Part shown: in pieces, positions 1-13,406 of the stretch
Layout: each line of letters starts with the position of its first letter
How positions within the stretch are numbered: position 1 is the first letter of the stretch
Source: Octopus bimaculoides
Lineage: Eukaryota
Assembly: GCF_001194135.2 (NCBI RefSeq)
Contig: NC_068986.1
Coordinates: 37,147,841-37,211,840, forward strand
Reading direction: 5' to 3'
Length of the DNA: 64,000 bases
Notes under the pieces: generated by a model
Database searches by the model: none
Told to the model about the DNA's origin: nothing
The model's input: the letters and a program-made list of their open reading frames with translations, nothing else
Position numbers and translations under genes: made by a program

Positions 1-250
1 TCAGTCATGAATGACCATCGGATTGCACCTAGAAAGTTACCCTCCAAGGCACAAGTCAAGTCGAGGTTGTTTATGGAAAACCAGCAGTCGCCCATGCATA
101 CCAGCCTCCTCTTCTCTCAACACCACCGATGTTATCCAAAGGAAAGGCAATGGCTAATACAGCTTGGGACCAGTGATGTCGCAGCTCATTTCTACAGCTG
201 AGTGAACTAGAACATGAAATAAAGTGTCTTGCTCAAGAACACAACACACA
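1..250 (-). mobile_element. SINE family C' (tRNA-like head, CORE-like middle), truncated at window edge
   Basis: Reverse complement matches the copies at 47032-47368 (+) and 11575-11907 (-), e.g. gcagctcatttctacagctgagtgaact and aagtgtcttgctcaagaacacaa. ORF 7..201 is a by-product. Confidence 0.75.
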
Positions 251-845
251 ATATATATAATAAATGATTTCCAGTTTGAAAGTAACTTCCTCCAACCAGT
301 CACAGAAGTTTCCCAAAAGTATGAATCATGCACACTGTATTTCTCTTACTAAGTGTTTTGAGAAATTTATTCTACAATTCAACTATTTGAAAACCATCTA
401 CTTTAAGGTTGAATCAATTCCATTATAATCCCCAACCCACTGTATTAAATAAAAGTTTTGTACCCACTCAAATTAAATAAAATCAGTATCTTTGCTCAAA
501 AACTCTTTTGAAAGAGCTTGGCTTCTCTGATTCTGTCTAATATTATACAAGTATTTAAATTGGCAAAATGATTAGAACATCAGGGACAATATCTTACAGT
601 ATGTATCACTCCTTACATTCACATAAGTAAATGTTACCTTTCTTCATTCCAAAGTTGATAAAATACCTATTAAACACAGGCACAATCTAATCAACTGTAC
701 TCCTTTTACAAAATGTAAGGTCTTACATTTATGTTAAAAATCATTATTTTATAGTGGGTACTTCATACACACATGTAGTTAGACACTTTATTACTTTAAA
801 CAAAAATAAACTATAATATCTTTGAATCAAAGAAAGACTCATTCT

Positions 846-962
846 GTAAGAAATAGCTGCCACATCTCCCTCACACCACACCCTACAGTCTATGAAAAGA
901 AAGACTAACCAGATTGGAATACCTTCCAACATAATTCTTCATGATTAGGTTGATCTGCAACT
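846..962 (+). mobile_element. Decayed SINE-like family G fragment
   Basis: agaaatagctgccacatctccctcacaccacaccctac plus a tail (tggaatacctt...gattaggttgatctg) align by eye with copies at about 1790-1975(-), 6640-6830(-), 7560-7750(+), 14020-14228(+), 24670-24760(-), 31600-31800(-), 32495-32640(+), 33335-33410(-), 35460-35630(-), 36470-36600(+), 54915-55112(-), 57455-57700(+), 59770-59950(+). Confidence 0.6.
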
Positions 963-2089
963 TGACCATTACAAAATCTAAAGGTAGATAAAACAAACTT
1001 TTGTTCTTCCTCATCAATCTCTTTTTTCTGTGTGTGTCTGTAAATATCCACTTAGAGAGAAAAAAAAAATATCTGCCTTTCTTCTTTCAAATAAAACCTG
1101 TTGCAAAAGGCCTTTAACAAACTCCCTTGCTAGCAAAAGGGAGTGGGAAATCTTTACCATAATTCTCTTCAGAAACATTTATACCAGTTTCCACCACCAC
1201 CAAAACTAAGGAAAAAAAAGAAAATTAAGAAAATACAATAGCAACAACAGTAACAAGGTGTCCAAATACAATGAAGACCATAACAGAGGTGACATGTCAC
1301 AATGAAGAAAGTCTCATTTGTCTTTGGGCAGACATGGGCAGGAAGTATTTCAATGTAAGTAGATACAGGTCAAGTCTTATATGGTAGACTTGATAGAAGT
1401 TATTATATACCTGCTCAATAGACAGTGGGAAAATTCTGGAGACAGCAGTATTTCACGAATTTAAACATTTTAAGATCTCAGAAGTCCCTTCTAATTCTCA
1501 TCATTGTTCATTGTCTTTTTCAATGTAGCTGAAACAAGACTTAGTATTTAACAATAAACTTGACTTATCAAGTTGTAGAAGTTGTTGCTTGTTATTGTTT
1601 TTGTTGTTGTTGCTAAAATTATTTTGGTTATTGTAGCAAAGTTGGTGGTTGTCGTGGGTCTATTTTTTCCCTTTCTCTTTTTCTTATAGTTGGGGACAAT
1701 AGATAAGCAAGTATGAATTAGGGGTTCCATGTAAGAGATTGCAAGAAGAACTTTAAGCTGTTGTTACTGTTCAACATGTACAGCATGACCCACCTGACCT
1801 ATAATCAAAAGCATTCATATCAATCAAGACATGACCATCCCAACATATTTACAGATATTGTATCTAGGATTACATTATTCAAGATATTCTTTAAGAGAGT
1901 AGGGTGTAATTTAAGGGAGTTTTTGGTTGTTATGTCTAGGAGAGTGAGTAACCAAACAGACTTCTTCCTTAGCTCATTGAGTTGTATGAGGAAGAGGAGG
2001 ATGTGAGAAAACAAATGTGACGGAGTGAGTGTATCAGGTTGTAAGTGGAGTGAGTTAAGTTGATTATAAGCTAATGAGCATCAGTAAGA

Positions 2090-2430
2090 GTGTACAGGTG
2101 AATATGAACAAATGAATGATGTACGGATGAAGATGAACGTGTTTGAGAGTTTAGCATAATACTAAAATAGCAGCAACAGAGCCATTTTAACATAGAAGAA
2201 TGCAAGTCCAGACTTACACATCAAGTAGCCTCAGAAGATGGTTGAATAATAAATGTTGTACCTCAGGAGGTAGGCGATGGTTCGATGATATCAAAAGTCA
2301 CAGCTTGTCATGCTTGGGAATCTAGTTGGAAAGTTTCACGATGGTTGCTACTGACAGAACAATACAGAGGTGCCTTAGGACTCTATCCATTGACTCTTCT
2401 AGGAATAACAGGTGGAGAAAATGGATGGAT
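2090..2430 (+). mobile_element. Decayed non-LTR retrotransposon 3' ORF remnant (RTE/L2-like C-terminus)
   Basis: Frame at ~2257-2390 reads GGRRWFDDIKSHSLSCLGI*LESFTMVATDRTIQR, resembling the R.RW.DDIK....LGI.......A.DR..W C-terminal motif of LINE ORF2. It contains an in-frame stop. Confidence 0.4.
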
Positions 2431-3009
2431 GAATGAATGAATGGATGGATGGATTTGGTACAAATGGAGTGTAATTTGAACTCAAAATATTTTGATCGGC
2501 ACATAAAATCCATCTCCACTTGCTCACCTTAGCTTCTACAGTAACTAACATAAACTATAAAGCGTTGTAACTCTCAAGACTACAGTATCAACATCTGTTC
2601 TAGTATCCGTGCCACAATCAAACTGATAAGAGTTCATAGAAATAATTATGCTGCTACTGATTGTGTCAGTATGATAACTGTGCCACCTGATATATGTGCT
2701 ACCGTAATGGGGAGTCATGTGCAATAATTATACCAATGAGATAACTGTGTCATTGCCAACTGTTTCATCATAATAAATATGTCAATGTTTGTGTGATGAC
2801 TGTAAGACAATGAGTATGATAATTTAGTAACACAGATTTCATTAGCAACACACAGGCACAAACATACACACACACACACACTACACCCAATGAACATACG
2901 TTCACCCACCACATCCCAAAAGGGACATTTAGTTACCAGTCAATGTTAAGGCATAGATGTTAGACATTCACCTATCGTGTTTTAGAAAACATACACATAA
3001 ATACATCAC

Positions 3010-3040
<31 letters not shown>

Positions 3041-3447
3041 NNNNNNNNNNNNNNNNNNNNNNNNNNNNNNNNNNNNNNNNNNNNNNNNNNNNNNNNNNNN
3101 NNNNNNNNNNNNNNNNNNNNNNNNNNNNNNNNNNNNNNNNNNNNNNNNNNNNNNNNNNNNNNNNNNNNNNNNNNNNNNNNNNNNNNNNNNNNNNNNNNNN
3201 NNNNNNNNNNNNNNNNNNNNNNNNNNNNNNNNNNNNNNNNNNNNNNNNNNNNNNNNNNNNNNNNNNNNNNNNNNNNNNNNNNNNNNNNNNNNNNNNNNNN
3301 NNNNNNNNNNNNNNNNNNNNNNNNNNNNNNNNNNNNNNNNNNNNNNNNNACACACACACACACAAACATGTATACATACATACATACACACACACATATA
3401 CACACATACACACACACACACAAACATGTATACATACATACATACAC

Positions 3448-3488
<41 letters not shown>

Positions 3489-3610
3489 AACATGTATACA
3501 TACATACACATACATATACATAACATATATACATATACATAAATATGTACACACACATATATATTCATATGTACATACATGTATATAAACACACACAAGT
3601 ATGTGTGTGT

Positions 3611-3641
<31 letters not shown>

Positions 3642-4236
3642 CAATTAATTTTCTACTACAATGAAAATGTGTTTTGATTTAAATCTTCCTTGCCTTTTCT
3701 ACACCTTCCATCACCATCACCAATAACAAAGTCATCAGCAACACCACCAACAACACCGCCATCATCATCATCAAGACCAAATAGGTTACAGAAATAATGA
3801 TTGTTTTCACCACAGAAAACTGTATATCTAGACATGGCACCTTTGTTATTTATTATTTCACATATATATATACACACACATACATACACAAACATATATA
3901 TATCATCATCATCATCATCATCATATCTTAACATCTGCTTTCCATGCTAGCTGCCTTAATGACCTAAAACTAACCTATATATAAACATCCATTCTCTTCT
4001 CAGGGGTCATCTAATAGTCGGCTATTTTGAGCCTGGCTGCATTCGAAAGATTTCTTTAATATTGAAGAATCACTACTAATTTCATAAGCACTTCTTCCAA
4101 AATTGCTTTGTTTAGGTGAAATCTAATCTTCTAGCTGAAGGTATATTTCCCACTGAATCAATCTCAGAGTGTGAGTAAATGTGTGTGTGAACATGTATAT
4201 GTGTGCGTGTATATAAATATATNNNNNNNNNNTATA

Positions 4237-4281
<45 letters not shown>

Positions 4282-4288
<7 letters not shown>

Positions 4289-4516
4289 CCAGGGTACACT
4301 ATTCCTTGAGAATGCTTCTCCTCCAGTATGTTCATGGGTGAAATGACCTTTTGGTCATATATTTGTCTGTTCTATCTGAGTTGATCTGGGTTTAAGCTGT
4401 GGTTGTTATTACCATTTAAACCCAGATCAACTCAGATAGAACAGACAGATATATGACGAAAAGGTCATTTTACCCACGAGAAGCATTCTCAAGGAATAGT
4501 GTACTCTGGACAATAT
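4282..4516. repeat. Long inverted repeat (hairpin), arms ~100 bp, 20-nt loop
   Basis: 4282-4320 pairs with 4478-4516 (1 mismatch). 4335-4395 pairs with 4416-4476 (3 mismatches). The left arm has a ~13-14 nt bulge at 4321-4334; the loop is 4396-4415. Confidence 0.95.
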
Positions 4517-5872
4517 TATAATGTCTTTTTATAAGTGGGTAGCATGTGGTTTAATGAGAGTTGAGCCAATAAGTACTGGGGTTGATTATTTCAACTAAAC
4601 ATTCTTCAAGGTGGTGCCCCAGCATGGCCAGATTCTAGTGACTGAAACAAGTAAAAGATAAAAGATATTCATACACATAAATACACACTTGCTTGAGTAC
4701 ACACACGCATGCACACACACACATACATATGCATGCACATACACATTGTATTGGCTGTTTCATATGAAGTATGAAGGTCACTGACAGAGAGAGAAAGAGT
4801 GAGAGGGAAAATACTAAGAAAATAGAGAAAGAAAATAAGAGGGAGAGAGAGAAGAGGGAAGTGAAAGAGACTTATAAACGAAAGCATGAGAGAAAGGGAG
4901 AGAGTATGTAAAAGACAGAAAAGGAGAGGGGGAAAAAGAAAACAAGAAAGAGGAGCATAAGAGAGAGAGAGAGAGAGGTTGGGTGTGAAAAAGAGATAGA
5001 CAAGAAAGGGGAGAAATTATTCAGTGAGGGGAAAAGATTTCAGGAGAAAGAAAATAAAGGGCTTGAAGCAGAAATGGGTAGCAGTGGGGGTGGTGGGGGC
5101 AGGAAGAACAATAGAAAAAGTGGAATAGTGAAAGAGAGAGGGGGGGAAAGGGTGATGTACTAAATAGTTAATTAGAAAGGAAGAAAGGCAGAAAGCTGAA
5201 GATAAAGAGAAGCAAGAAAGACTAGAATTTAGAAATGTCATCAATACAGATTAAAAAGAAGGAAAGGAGAGATGAACCTCTGGTTTATGTCACACAGTAA
5301 TTTAGCTGAGTCAGTGATCAACAGTAAAGGTGATATGTCTAATGTCAGAGGTGACAGATGAGAGAGAGAGTGGTGTGTGAGTGTGATGTAGGCAGTGGGT
5401 CTTAATTCATCATCACACTCCCCTCTAGGTGACTATCCCCGTATATTACATACATACTACAGAGGTACTTGTACATACGTTTCACATATATACTATACAC
5501 ATGTATGTCTGCATACATACATACATACATACATACATTCAAATACAAATATCTTAGAAATATTTACACAAACACACTGTGTGTGTGTGTGTGCGCGCGC
5601 GCGCATGCAGGTGAGTGTGCTGGTGGATAGCAAATGTGCAACATCTTTTACTTAAAGAGCATGTATATGGGTATATCCACAAGTGTTAGTGTGTGCTCTA
5701 GTGTGTGTGTATGAGTGTGTGTTCAAATGTGCTCTTCTTCGTGTGTGTGTGTGTGTGTGCCTGTGTGTTAGTGTTTATGTGCATGCACGTGTGTGTGTGT
5801 GTGTGTATGTGTGTGTGTGTGTGCATGCATATGTGTGTGTACTTAAGCAAGTGTGTATTTGTGTGTGTGAAT

Positions 5873-6246
5873 ATCTTTTATCTTTTACTTGTTTCAGTCA
5901 CTAGACTGTGGCCATGCTGGGGCACGGCCTTGTAAAATTTTTAGTTGAATGAACCAACCCCAGTACTTATTTTTTTTCTTTAAGCCTGGCACTTATACTA
6001 TCACTCTCTTTTGCTGAACTGCTAAGTTACAGGGACATAAACAAACCAGTTATTAACAGTGGAGAAGGAAACAAACAGACACACAAACATATATGATGGG
6101 CTTCTTTCAGTTTCCGTCTACCAAATCCACTCGCAAGTCTTTGGTTGGGTAAAGGCTATAATAGAAAACACATGCCCAAGGTGCCATGCAGTGGTGCTGA
6201 ACCCAGAACCATGTGGTGAAGAAGCAAGCTTCTTACCACACAGCCA
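5873..6246 (-). mobile_element. SINE family A, near full length
   Basis: Reverse complement of the 18973-19375 copy: head ...gtgtggtaagaagcttgc..., middle gacggaaactgaaagaagccc, tail cagcatggccacagtctagtgactgaaacaagtaaaagataaaag. Other copies or halves at about 4545-4675(+), 7170-7372(+), 7772-8195(+), 13402-13535(-), 24778-25230(+), 25430-25812(+), 43625-43812(-), 50585-50985(-), 54455-54545(-), 60290-60485(-). Confidence 0.8.
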
Positions 6247-7146
6247 GTGTGATAAAACAAGTAATTACATGAGTGTATGTGTGTGCACGAGAAAGAGAGC
6301 GAGTGCATATGTTGTCGTCTGGGTATGTGAATAAATGTATGCATATGTATGTATGGTATGTGCATGCTAGTGAAAATATGATTGAGTGAAAAGAAAAACT
6401 GAATGATTAAAGTTTAAAATCAAGTTCCAAAATGAGACTAATTGAAGAAATGGAAAGGTAGAGTTTAAATTTATTTAATTAATTTGTAAAACTTCTCATC
6501 ACTAATTATAGCAAAATATTCATTAAATAATTTAATCAAAGAATACTGAGCAATTGACACACTACACAACCTAAGACAACATCAAATAAAACGAAAGATG
6601 GTGATGATGGTGGTGGTGCAGATGGTAGCTGTGTTCAGCCAGCATTTATTGAGCTCATGTATATAAAATGAATGGCAGACCAGCCATGACCATCCCATCC
6701 TATTAGTATAAGTAGAACTACATTACCTAATGTGTCCTTTCATTTTTCTAAGGTATGTAGATGGTGATTTGAAGAAATTTTGCTGCAGTTTCTAGCAGCT
6801 TAAGAAACTGCATGAAGGCTCCTTTGATAACGAGTGATGAAATGATGATAGTTATCGAAGATAAAACAGGTAAGTATGTACATATATATATGTACATACA
6901 TATATATATATATATATATANNNNNNNNNNNNNNNNNNNNNNNNNNNNNNNNNNNNNNNNNNNNNNNNNNNNNNNNNNNNNNNNNNNNNNNNNNNNNNNN
7001 NNNNNNNNNNNNNNNNNNNNNNNNNNNNNNNNNNNNNNNNNNNNNNNNNNNNNNNNNNNNNNNNNNNNNNNNNNNNNNNNNNNNNNNNNNNNNNNNNNNN
7101 NNNNNATATATATATATATATATATACATTATATATATATATACAT

Positions 7147-7177
<31 letters not shown>

Positions 7178-9085
7178 TTGTTCCCCCAATGTCGCTTGAC
7201 AACCAATGCTGGTGTGTAATTACATCCCTGTAATCTAGCCGTTTGGCAAAAGTGTCCAATAGAATAAGTATGAGGCTTACAAGGAATAAGTCTTGGGGTT
7301 GATTTGTTCGACTAAAGGTGGTGCTCCAGCATGGCTGCAGTCAAATGACTGAAACAAGTAAAACAATAAAAGAATACATGTGTGTGTGTATGTAATTATA
7401 TGTATGTATGTATGTATGTATTACACACATACACAGTGAGAGAGAGATACATAGGCAGATTTCATAATATTTATAATTAATAACACTTGAAAAGCTACAG
7501 GCAATACATTAGAACCAGTTGAAAATACAAACAAAACATTGCAGAATGCTGTTATCATATGAAATATGCTTGAAACAGCAGCCAAATACCCCTCAAATCA
7601 TATTCTGATAGCTTCAAAATGGAAAAATACATTGAGCAATGTAATCCCTTTTTTATGAAATGATAGGATAGTCATAGCTGGAATGCTTTTGACAACAGAT
7701 CCATCACGTCAAAACTGTCAAAACCGTCAAAACCGACATGGAGTTAAATAGCAAAAGTAATATAAGTAATGTGCAGGCATGGCTTTGTGTTCAAGAAGCT
7801 CGCTTTGATTCCATGTGGATTGAGTTCAATCCCATTGTGCAGTACCTTGGGTAAGTGTCTTGTGTTATAGCCCCAAGTTGACCAATGCTTTGTGATTGAC
7901 TTTGGTAGACAGGAGGTGTGTGGAAACTATAAATATGCATGTTTGTGTGTTTGTATGTACATGTCCATGGCTTTCTCTTTGCTACCCACCACCACCGCCA
8001 CCTCCACTTAACAAGGGATGTTGGTTTATTTATGTCCTTGTAACTGAAATGATTCAGTAAAATGAACTGATAGAAAAAGGACTAGACTTTAAAGAAAACA
8101 TAAGTAATGGGGTTTGATTTGTTCAACTAAACCCCTTTGAGGCAGTGCCCCAAGCATGGCCACAATTCAATGTCTAAAACAAGTGAAATAAAAAAGGTAA
8201 GAACAATTAAAACATGATGTTGAACTGAAGGAAGAACTAGATTAGATATTAGTGCCAGTTTCTTATAGTTCTATAGTCTATTTTCTAAGATTGTTGAAAA
8301 ATGATGTCAAGAGGAAAAAGGGCAACTCATCTTCATTATAAGTAGAGGGATTATATACACACACACACACACACATATATATATGAGTATACTTGAATGT
8401 ATGTATATAAATACAAGATAGCATATAAATACATTAACTCACATATTAAGCACATAAATATACAAAATAATACATAATCAAAAGTTAATCCCTCAAAATA
8501 ATAGACAATCTTTAGAAAAATAACTAAAACTAATGAGTTGGTATCTAAAATTACTTTGATTTCTGGCAAAGTGCTGACAAATTTATTTAGTGTTATAAGG
8601 TTATATAAAAACTTTGAGGCACTCCGAGAAAAAACCTGACCAGCTTTTAAAGTAATGGATAAAAAAAAAAAAAATTCCAATCAAAGTGCTAATGCTAATA
8701 TAAACAATAGAAATATACGCACATAATTAACACACACACACACATATGTGTGTGTGTGTGGGGGGGTGCATGACTGGGTGGTTAAGTTTACTTTGTGACC
8801 ACGAGACTCCCAGGTTCAATACAACAATATAGCATTTTGAGTAAATGTCTTAGCCGATGACTTCAGATTGACAAAGGCTTGTTAATGAAACTGGATAGAT
8901 GAAACCTGTTTAGAAGTTTATTAAATTAAATGTATTTGATGCTAATAATGAATTGTTTCTATTAAGGACATGCAAGTCTGTGGAATACTCAACCACATAC
9001 ACTCTAATTTGGTGGTAGGTAGTTCAAGTGGGAGAACAATTGGACGCTCATACATCATTTTCTTTAGGGCAGGTCATTGTTTAAC

Positions 9086-9133
<48 letters not shown>

Positions 9134-9354
9134 ATCATATTTAACACATTCCTGTACACTCAGATGTGGGAAGACCTTTCACAACATAAAAAAAAAGTCT
9201 TAAGAGGAAATTCCTCTCATAGACAGTATGTTTGAAAACATCACTGGACTATAAATTATATTATTACATCATAGAATGCATGTTTCAACAGTGTTACACT
9301 TCATCAGCAATGAATACTGAATTAGTCATTCACAGCCCTGTAAAAGTGGTTGTT

Positions 9355-9397
<43 letters not shown>

Positions 9398-9859
9398 TAG
9401 CAATAGAATACACATATTTATTTATATACCATGTAGTTCACACCACAATCACATGGCTATTGTTTATCATTATATTTACTAAGCCACTCATTAAGATTTT
9501 TTAAGTTACCTGTCAAAATCATTGTTGTTCTATTCAAATGACACTTTCAAAAGACAAATGCAATCTTAATTTTCTACTGAAATTACTTCCTTTGTCACTT
9601 CAATAAGTGACACCATTTGTCAACAGTGAGAAATTTTCTCCATGACAAAGCACAGTGAATGGCTTGCTTATGAGTTCAAATCTGCCACAAGGATATTTGA
9701 ATTGGTGATAACATTGCACTTCTATAAGTCTTTTTCTAGAAATCATTATTTAGTTGAATATAAAAATGTAACAGTCACCAAGATGCACCACTGCCACCAC
9801 CACTAAGGTACATGTCCTCAAATTTAGTGGGAAAGTAAGTATGACATGAAAATAAATAA

Positions 9860-10099
9860 ATGCACCCTTTTAAAGCCTAGCCAGTCTCATGGGCCCGGTT
9901 TCCAGGCTTCAATCTGTTCCCCAGCTGGATGGGATGCCAGTCCATCACAACGTTACTCATTTTTGCCAGTTGAGTGGACTGGAGCAACGTGAAATGAAGT
10001 GTTTTGCTCAAGAACACAATGCGTCGCCCGATCCAGGAATCGAAACCACAATCTTACGATCATGATGCTGACACCCTAACCACTAAGCCATGTGCCTCC
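9860..10099 (-). mobile_element. SINE family C (tRNA-like head, CORE-like middle), near full length
   Basis: Reverse complement reads gcacatggcttagtggttagggtgtcagcatcatgatcgtaagattgtggtttcgattcctgg (A box/B box-like), then ttgagcaaaacacttcatttcacgttgctccagtccactcaactgg. It matches 42976-43215(+), 44478-44730(+), 45505-45722(-) and 27585-27778(-). Confidence 0.8.
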
Positions 10100-10309
10100 C
10101 CATGGCATCATAAACCCCCCAGTTAATACGTCATGCATTGGTAGCAGCAATGGTTATGTCCTCAGGGTGATGATGATGATGTGGATAAATGAAATAACAT
10201 TATAAATGCAACTTCTCAAGATGTTGATGGAATGACTTAGTAAAATCATGGGCACAGTCTTTCTTCCATCTTTTCCTCTTTTGATTAACTTTTTATAACG
10301 TTTACTAAT

Positions 10310-10740
10310 TTAGGAACAAGGTCATCAATTTCAAGAGGAGGCAATTAGACAATTGCATCAGCCCCAGTACCAGACTGGGGTTTTATTTTATCGAGGTCAG
10401 AGAAAAGAAAAGCAAAGCTGACCTTGGTGGAATTTGAACTCAGAATGTGAAGAGTTGTAACTAAATACCACAAAGGCATTTTGTCAGACACTCTAATGAC
10501 TCTGCCAATCCATCAATAATAGTAATTGTTTGTTTCTAATTTAGGCACAAGGCATACAGTTTTGGGGTGAAAGGTAGGTGGTAGGGTTGGAATCATCAAC
10601 CCAGTTTGATTGATACTTTACTGTATTGACTCCAGAGGGATAAAAGGTAGTGTTGCTATCATCAAGATTTGAACTCAGAATGTAAAGAGAGAGAGAAGAA
10701 ATACAGCAAAGCCATTTCTTTTCCCCAATGCTCAACTGAT
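10310..10740 (-). mobile_element. Two tandem decayed SINE family B copies
   Basis: Both show the reverse-strand signature gcaaagctgaccttggtggaatttgaactcagaatgt (10431-10450; 10660-10685), as in the 21328-21530 copy. Confidence 0.65.
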
Positions 10741-11574
10741 TCTTCAGATAACAACATCAATAATAAAGATAAGGAGAAACTAACTGATGGTAATAGCAGT
10801 TGAAATATGCAAAAGAATTTAATAATGAATGATTATGATGATAGAAACATAATCACAATAGAAGTTATAGTTGTTGTTGTTGTGGTGGTGGTGATGGTGG
10901 TGGTTGTGGTGGTGGTGTCAGCGGTGGCAGTGATGGCAGCAGTGGTGGTGGCAGCAGTGGTGATGGCAGCTGTGGTGGTTTTTGGAAACTCATATGATGG
11001 TGACCTAAATATATATTGGATTACATAATACCCATTATAATATAATAACTCTTGGAAAGCTGCAGGAAATATGTAAGAATTTGTTGAAAATCCAAATAAA
11101 ACATTGGCAGAATGTTATTACCATTGCAAATATAGATTGTTGGTTCACTACAGAATTACAAAAGAAATGTTAGGAAGTAAATTAGCAGATATTTTGGATG
11201 AAAGTTGCCATTTCTTTTTCTTTTTTATTATTTGGTTCTCTCAGCTCAAGAATTATTATTATTGGCTATATTGATTATTGATTCCTAAGAAAAGTATTGT
11301 TCAATAGTAATCTTTATTTTATTTTTTAAACATTTTATTTATTCATTTATATGTTTATTTGTTGTAAGTAATACAGTTCTACCAAAAAATGGTAGATTGG
11401 CAGAATCATTAGATCAGTGGACAAAAAGCCTTGCAGTATTGAGTTCTAAACCTGAATGTTTTCATTTCAAATCCTGCCAATGTCATTTACCTGACCGTTC
11501 ATCTTTCCAAGGTCTATAAACTATGCCTTTCATTTTTCTGGGTTTTATAAGCAGAAGTTCTTGTCAAATAGAAG

Positions 11575-11907
11575 AAAGAAGGACCCCCTTCAGTCATAAA
11601 GGGCCATGGGATTGCACCTAGAAAGTTACCCTCCAAGGCAATAAGTACCAGTCGGGCAAGGTTGTTTATAAAAGACCAGCAGTCCACCCATGCATACAAG
11701 ACTCCACTTTCCACATTACCAATGTTATCCAAAGGAAAGGCAAATGCTGATACAGCTTGGCATCAGTGATGTCACAACTCATTTCTACAGCTGAGTGAAC
11801 TGGAGCAACATGAAATAAAGTGTCTTGTTCAAGAACACAGCACAGGAATCAAACGCACTACCTCATGATTGTGAGCCCAATGCTCTAACCACTGAGCCAT
11901 GCACCTT
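11575..11907 (-). mobile_element. SINE family C', full length
   Basis: Reverse complement of 47032-47368; same head as family C but a different ~200-nt tail. Confidence 0.8.
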
Positions 11908-13367
11908 CAGATATGGTACTCATTTATTCAACTGATATTGGTAATTCTTGAGCTTCTTCAAGTGAGAGACTGCAACTGAGAATCTTAAATACACCTTCTT
12001 TGAAGAGTTGCCGTTAAGAACAGATGAGAGTATAAACTTTCATGGCCACCATATTCTTGAAGATCAGTAATCCCTGGTATTATAAATTTGCAAACGGAAA
12101 ACAAAAAAAATAATGGAACAATGCCAAGTTGAGTTTTGGGGTTTTCTTTTTTCTTTTTCTTTTTTTTTTTTTTGTTAAGTTCTTTCACTGAAATTACGTT
12201 ACTATTAATTTGTCACCAGCCAATCCTCAAACAGTAACTTGTTCTAGGTTTGACATTTCTAAGAGGCAAAGAATTCAATCTACTCACTTTTTCAGACTTC
12301 TTAGCAAGTCTTGGAACATGTTGCAGACACAATATTGTTGGACAATATAGTTTTTACATATATAAAATTAGAAATTTCACCTGTCAAGCATAGCAAGTGC
12401 CAATGAGATTTGCAACAATATTTATCACACAACAAAGCTGAATCAAACACTGAGAACCAGCAACACTGGTATGATCTGATTAGGCTATTAATCTTTTGTT
12501 TACACTACATTTCAATTTCTATATTCAGATGATTAAATGTAAACACCATGCTTGTGTGTATATNNNNNNNNNNNNNNNNNNNNNNNNNNNNNNNNNNNNN
12601 NNNNNNNNNNNNNNNNNNNNNNNNNNNNNNNNNNNNNNNNNNNNNNNNNNNNNNNNNNNNNNNNNNNNNNNNNNNNNNNNNNNNNNNNNNNNNNNNNNNN
12701 NNNNNNNNNNNNNNNNNNNNNNNNNNNNNNNNNNNNNNNNNNNNNNNNNNNNNNNNNNNNNNNNNNNNNNNNNNNNNNNNNNNNNNNNNNNNNNNNNNNN
12801 NNNNNNNNNNNNNNNNNNNNNNNNNNNNNNNNNNNNNNNNNNNNNNNNNNNNNNNNNNNNNNNNNNNNNNNNNNNNNNNNNNNNNNNNNNNNNNNNNNNN
12901 NNNNNNNNNNNNNNNNNNNNNNNNNNNNNNNNNNNNNNNNNNNNNNNNNNNNNNNNNNNNNNNNNNNNNNNNNNNNNNNNNNNNNNNNNNNNNNNNNNNN
13001 NNNNNNNNNNNNNNNNNNNNNNNNNNNNNNNNNNNNNNNNNNNNNNNNNNNNNNNNNNNNNNNNNNNNNNNNNNNNNNNNNNNNNNNNNNNNNNNNNNNN
13101 NNNNNNNNNNNNNNNNNNNNNNNNNNNNNNNNNNNNNNNNNNNNNNNNNNNNNNNNNNNNNNNNNNNNNNNNNNNNNNNNNNNNNNNNNNNNNNNNNNNN
13201 NNNNNNNNNNNNNNNNNNNNNNNNNNNNNNNNNNNNNNNNNNNNNNNNNNNNNNNNNNNNNNNNNNNNNNNNNNNNNNNNNNNNNNNNNNNNNNNNNNNN
13301 NNNNNNNNNNNNNNNNNNNNNNNNNATACACGATCATACAAAACCCTTTTTTTTGTATTTATTTTTA

Positions 13368-13406
<39 letters not shown>

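Noticed and set aside
520-1205. Apparent minus-strand exon chain (LVVVETGINVSEENY-DFVMVKLQINLIMKNYVGRYSNL-VFYQLWNEE) with matching phases
   Set aside because: The central exon (910-978) aligns with the decayed tail of SINE family G, and no protein family is recognisable; probably chance.
2957-3644. Long ORFs in the track here and at 12.5-13.6, 28.8-29.5, 37.4-38.2, 40.3-41.2, 51.3-52.1, 52.6-53.3, 58.3-59.2 and 61.3-62.2 kb
   Set aside because: They are open only because N runs and dinucleotide repeats contain no stops.
6812-6876. MKAPLITSDEMMIVIEDKT followed by a consensus gtaagt donor
   Set aside because: The start lies within a family G SINE end and there is no independent acceptor.
9275-9312. 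Minus-strand CTGATGA...GAAAC hammerhead-like match
   Set aside because: Three extra bases between stem II and GAAA, no GUH triplet and no stem I.
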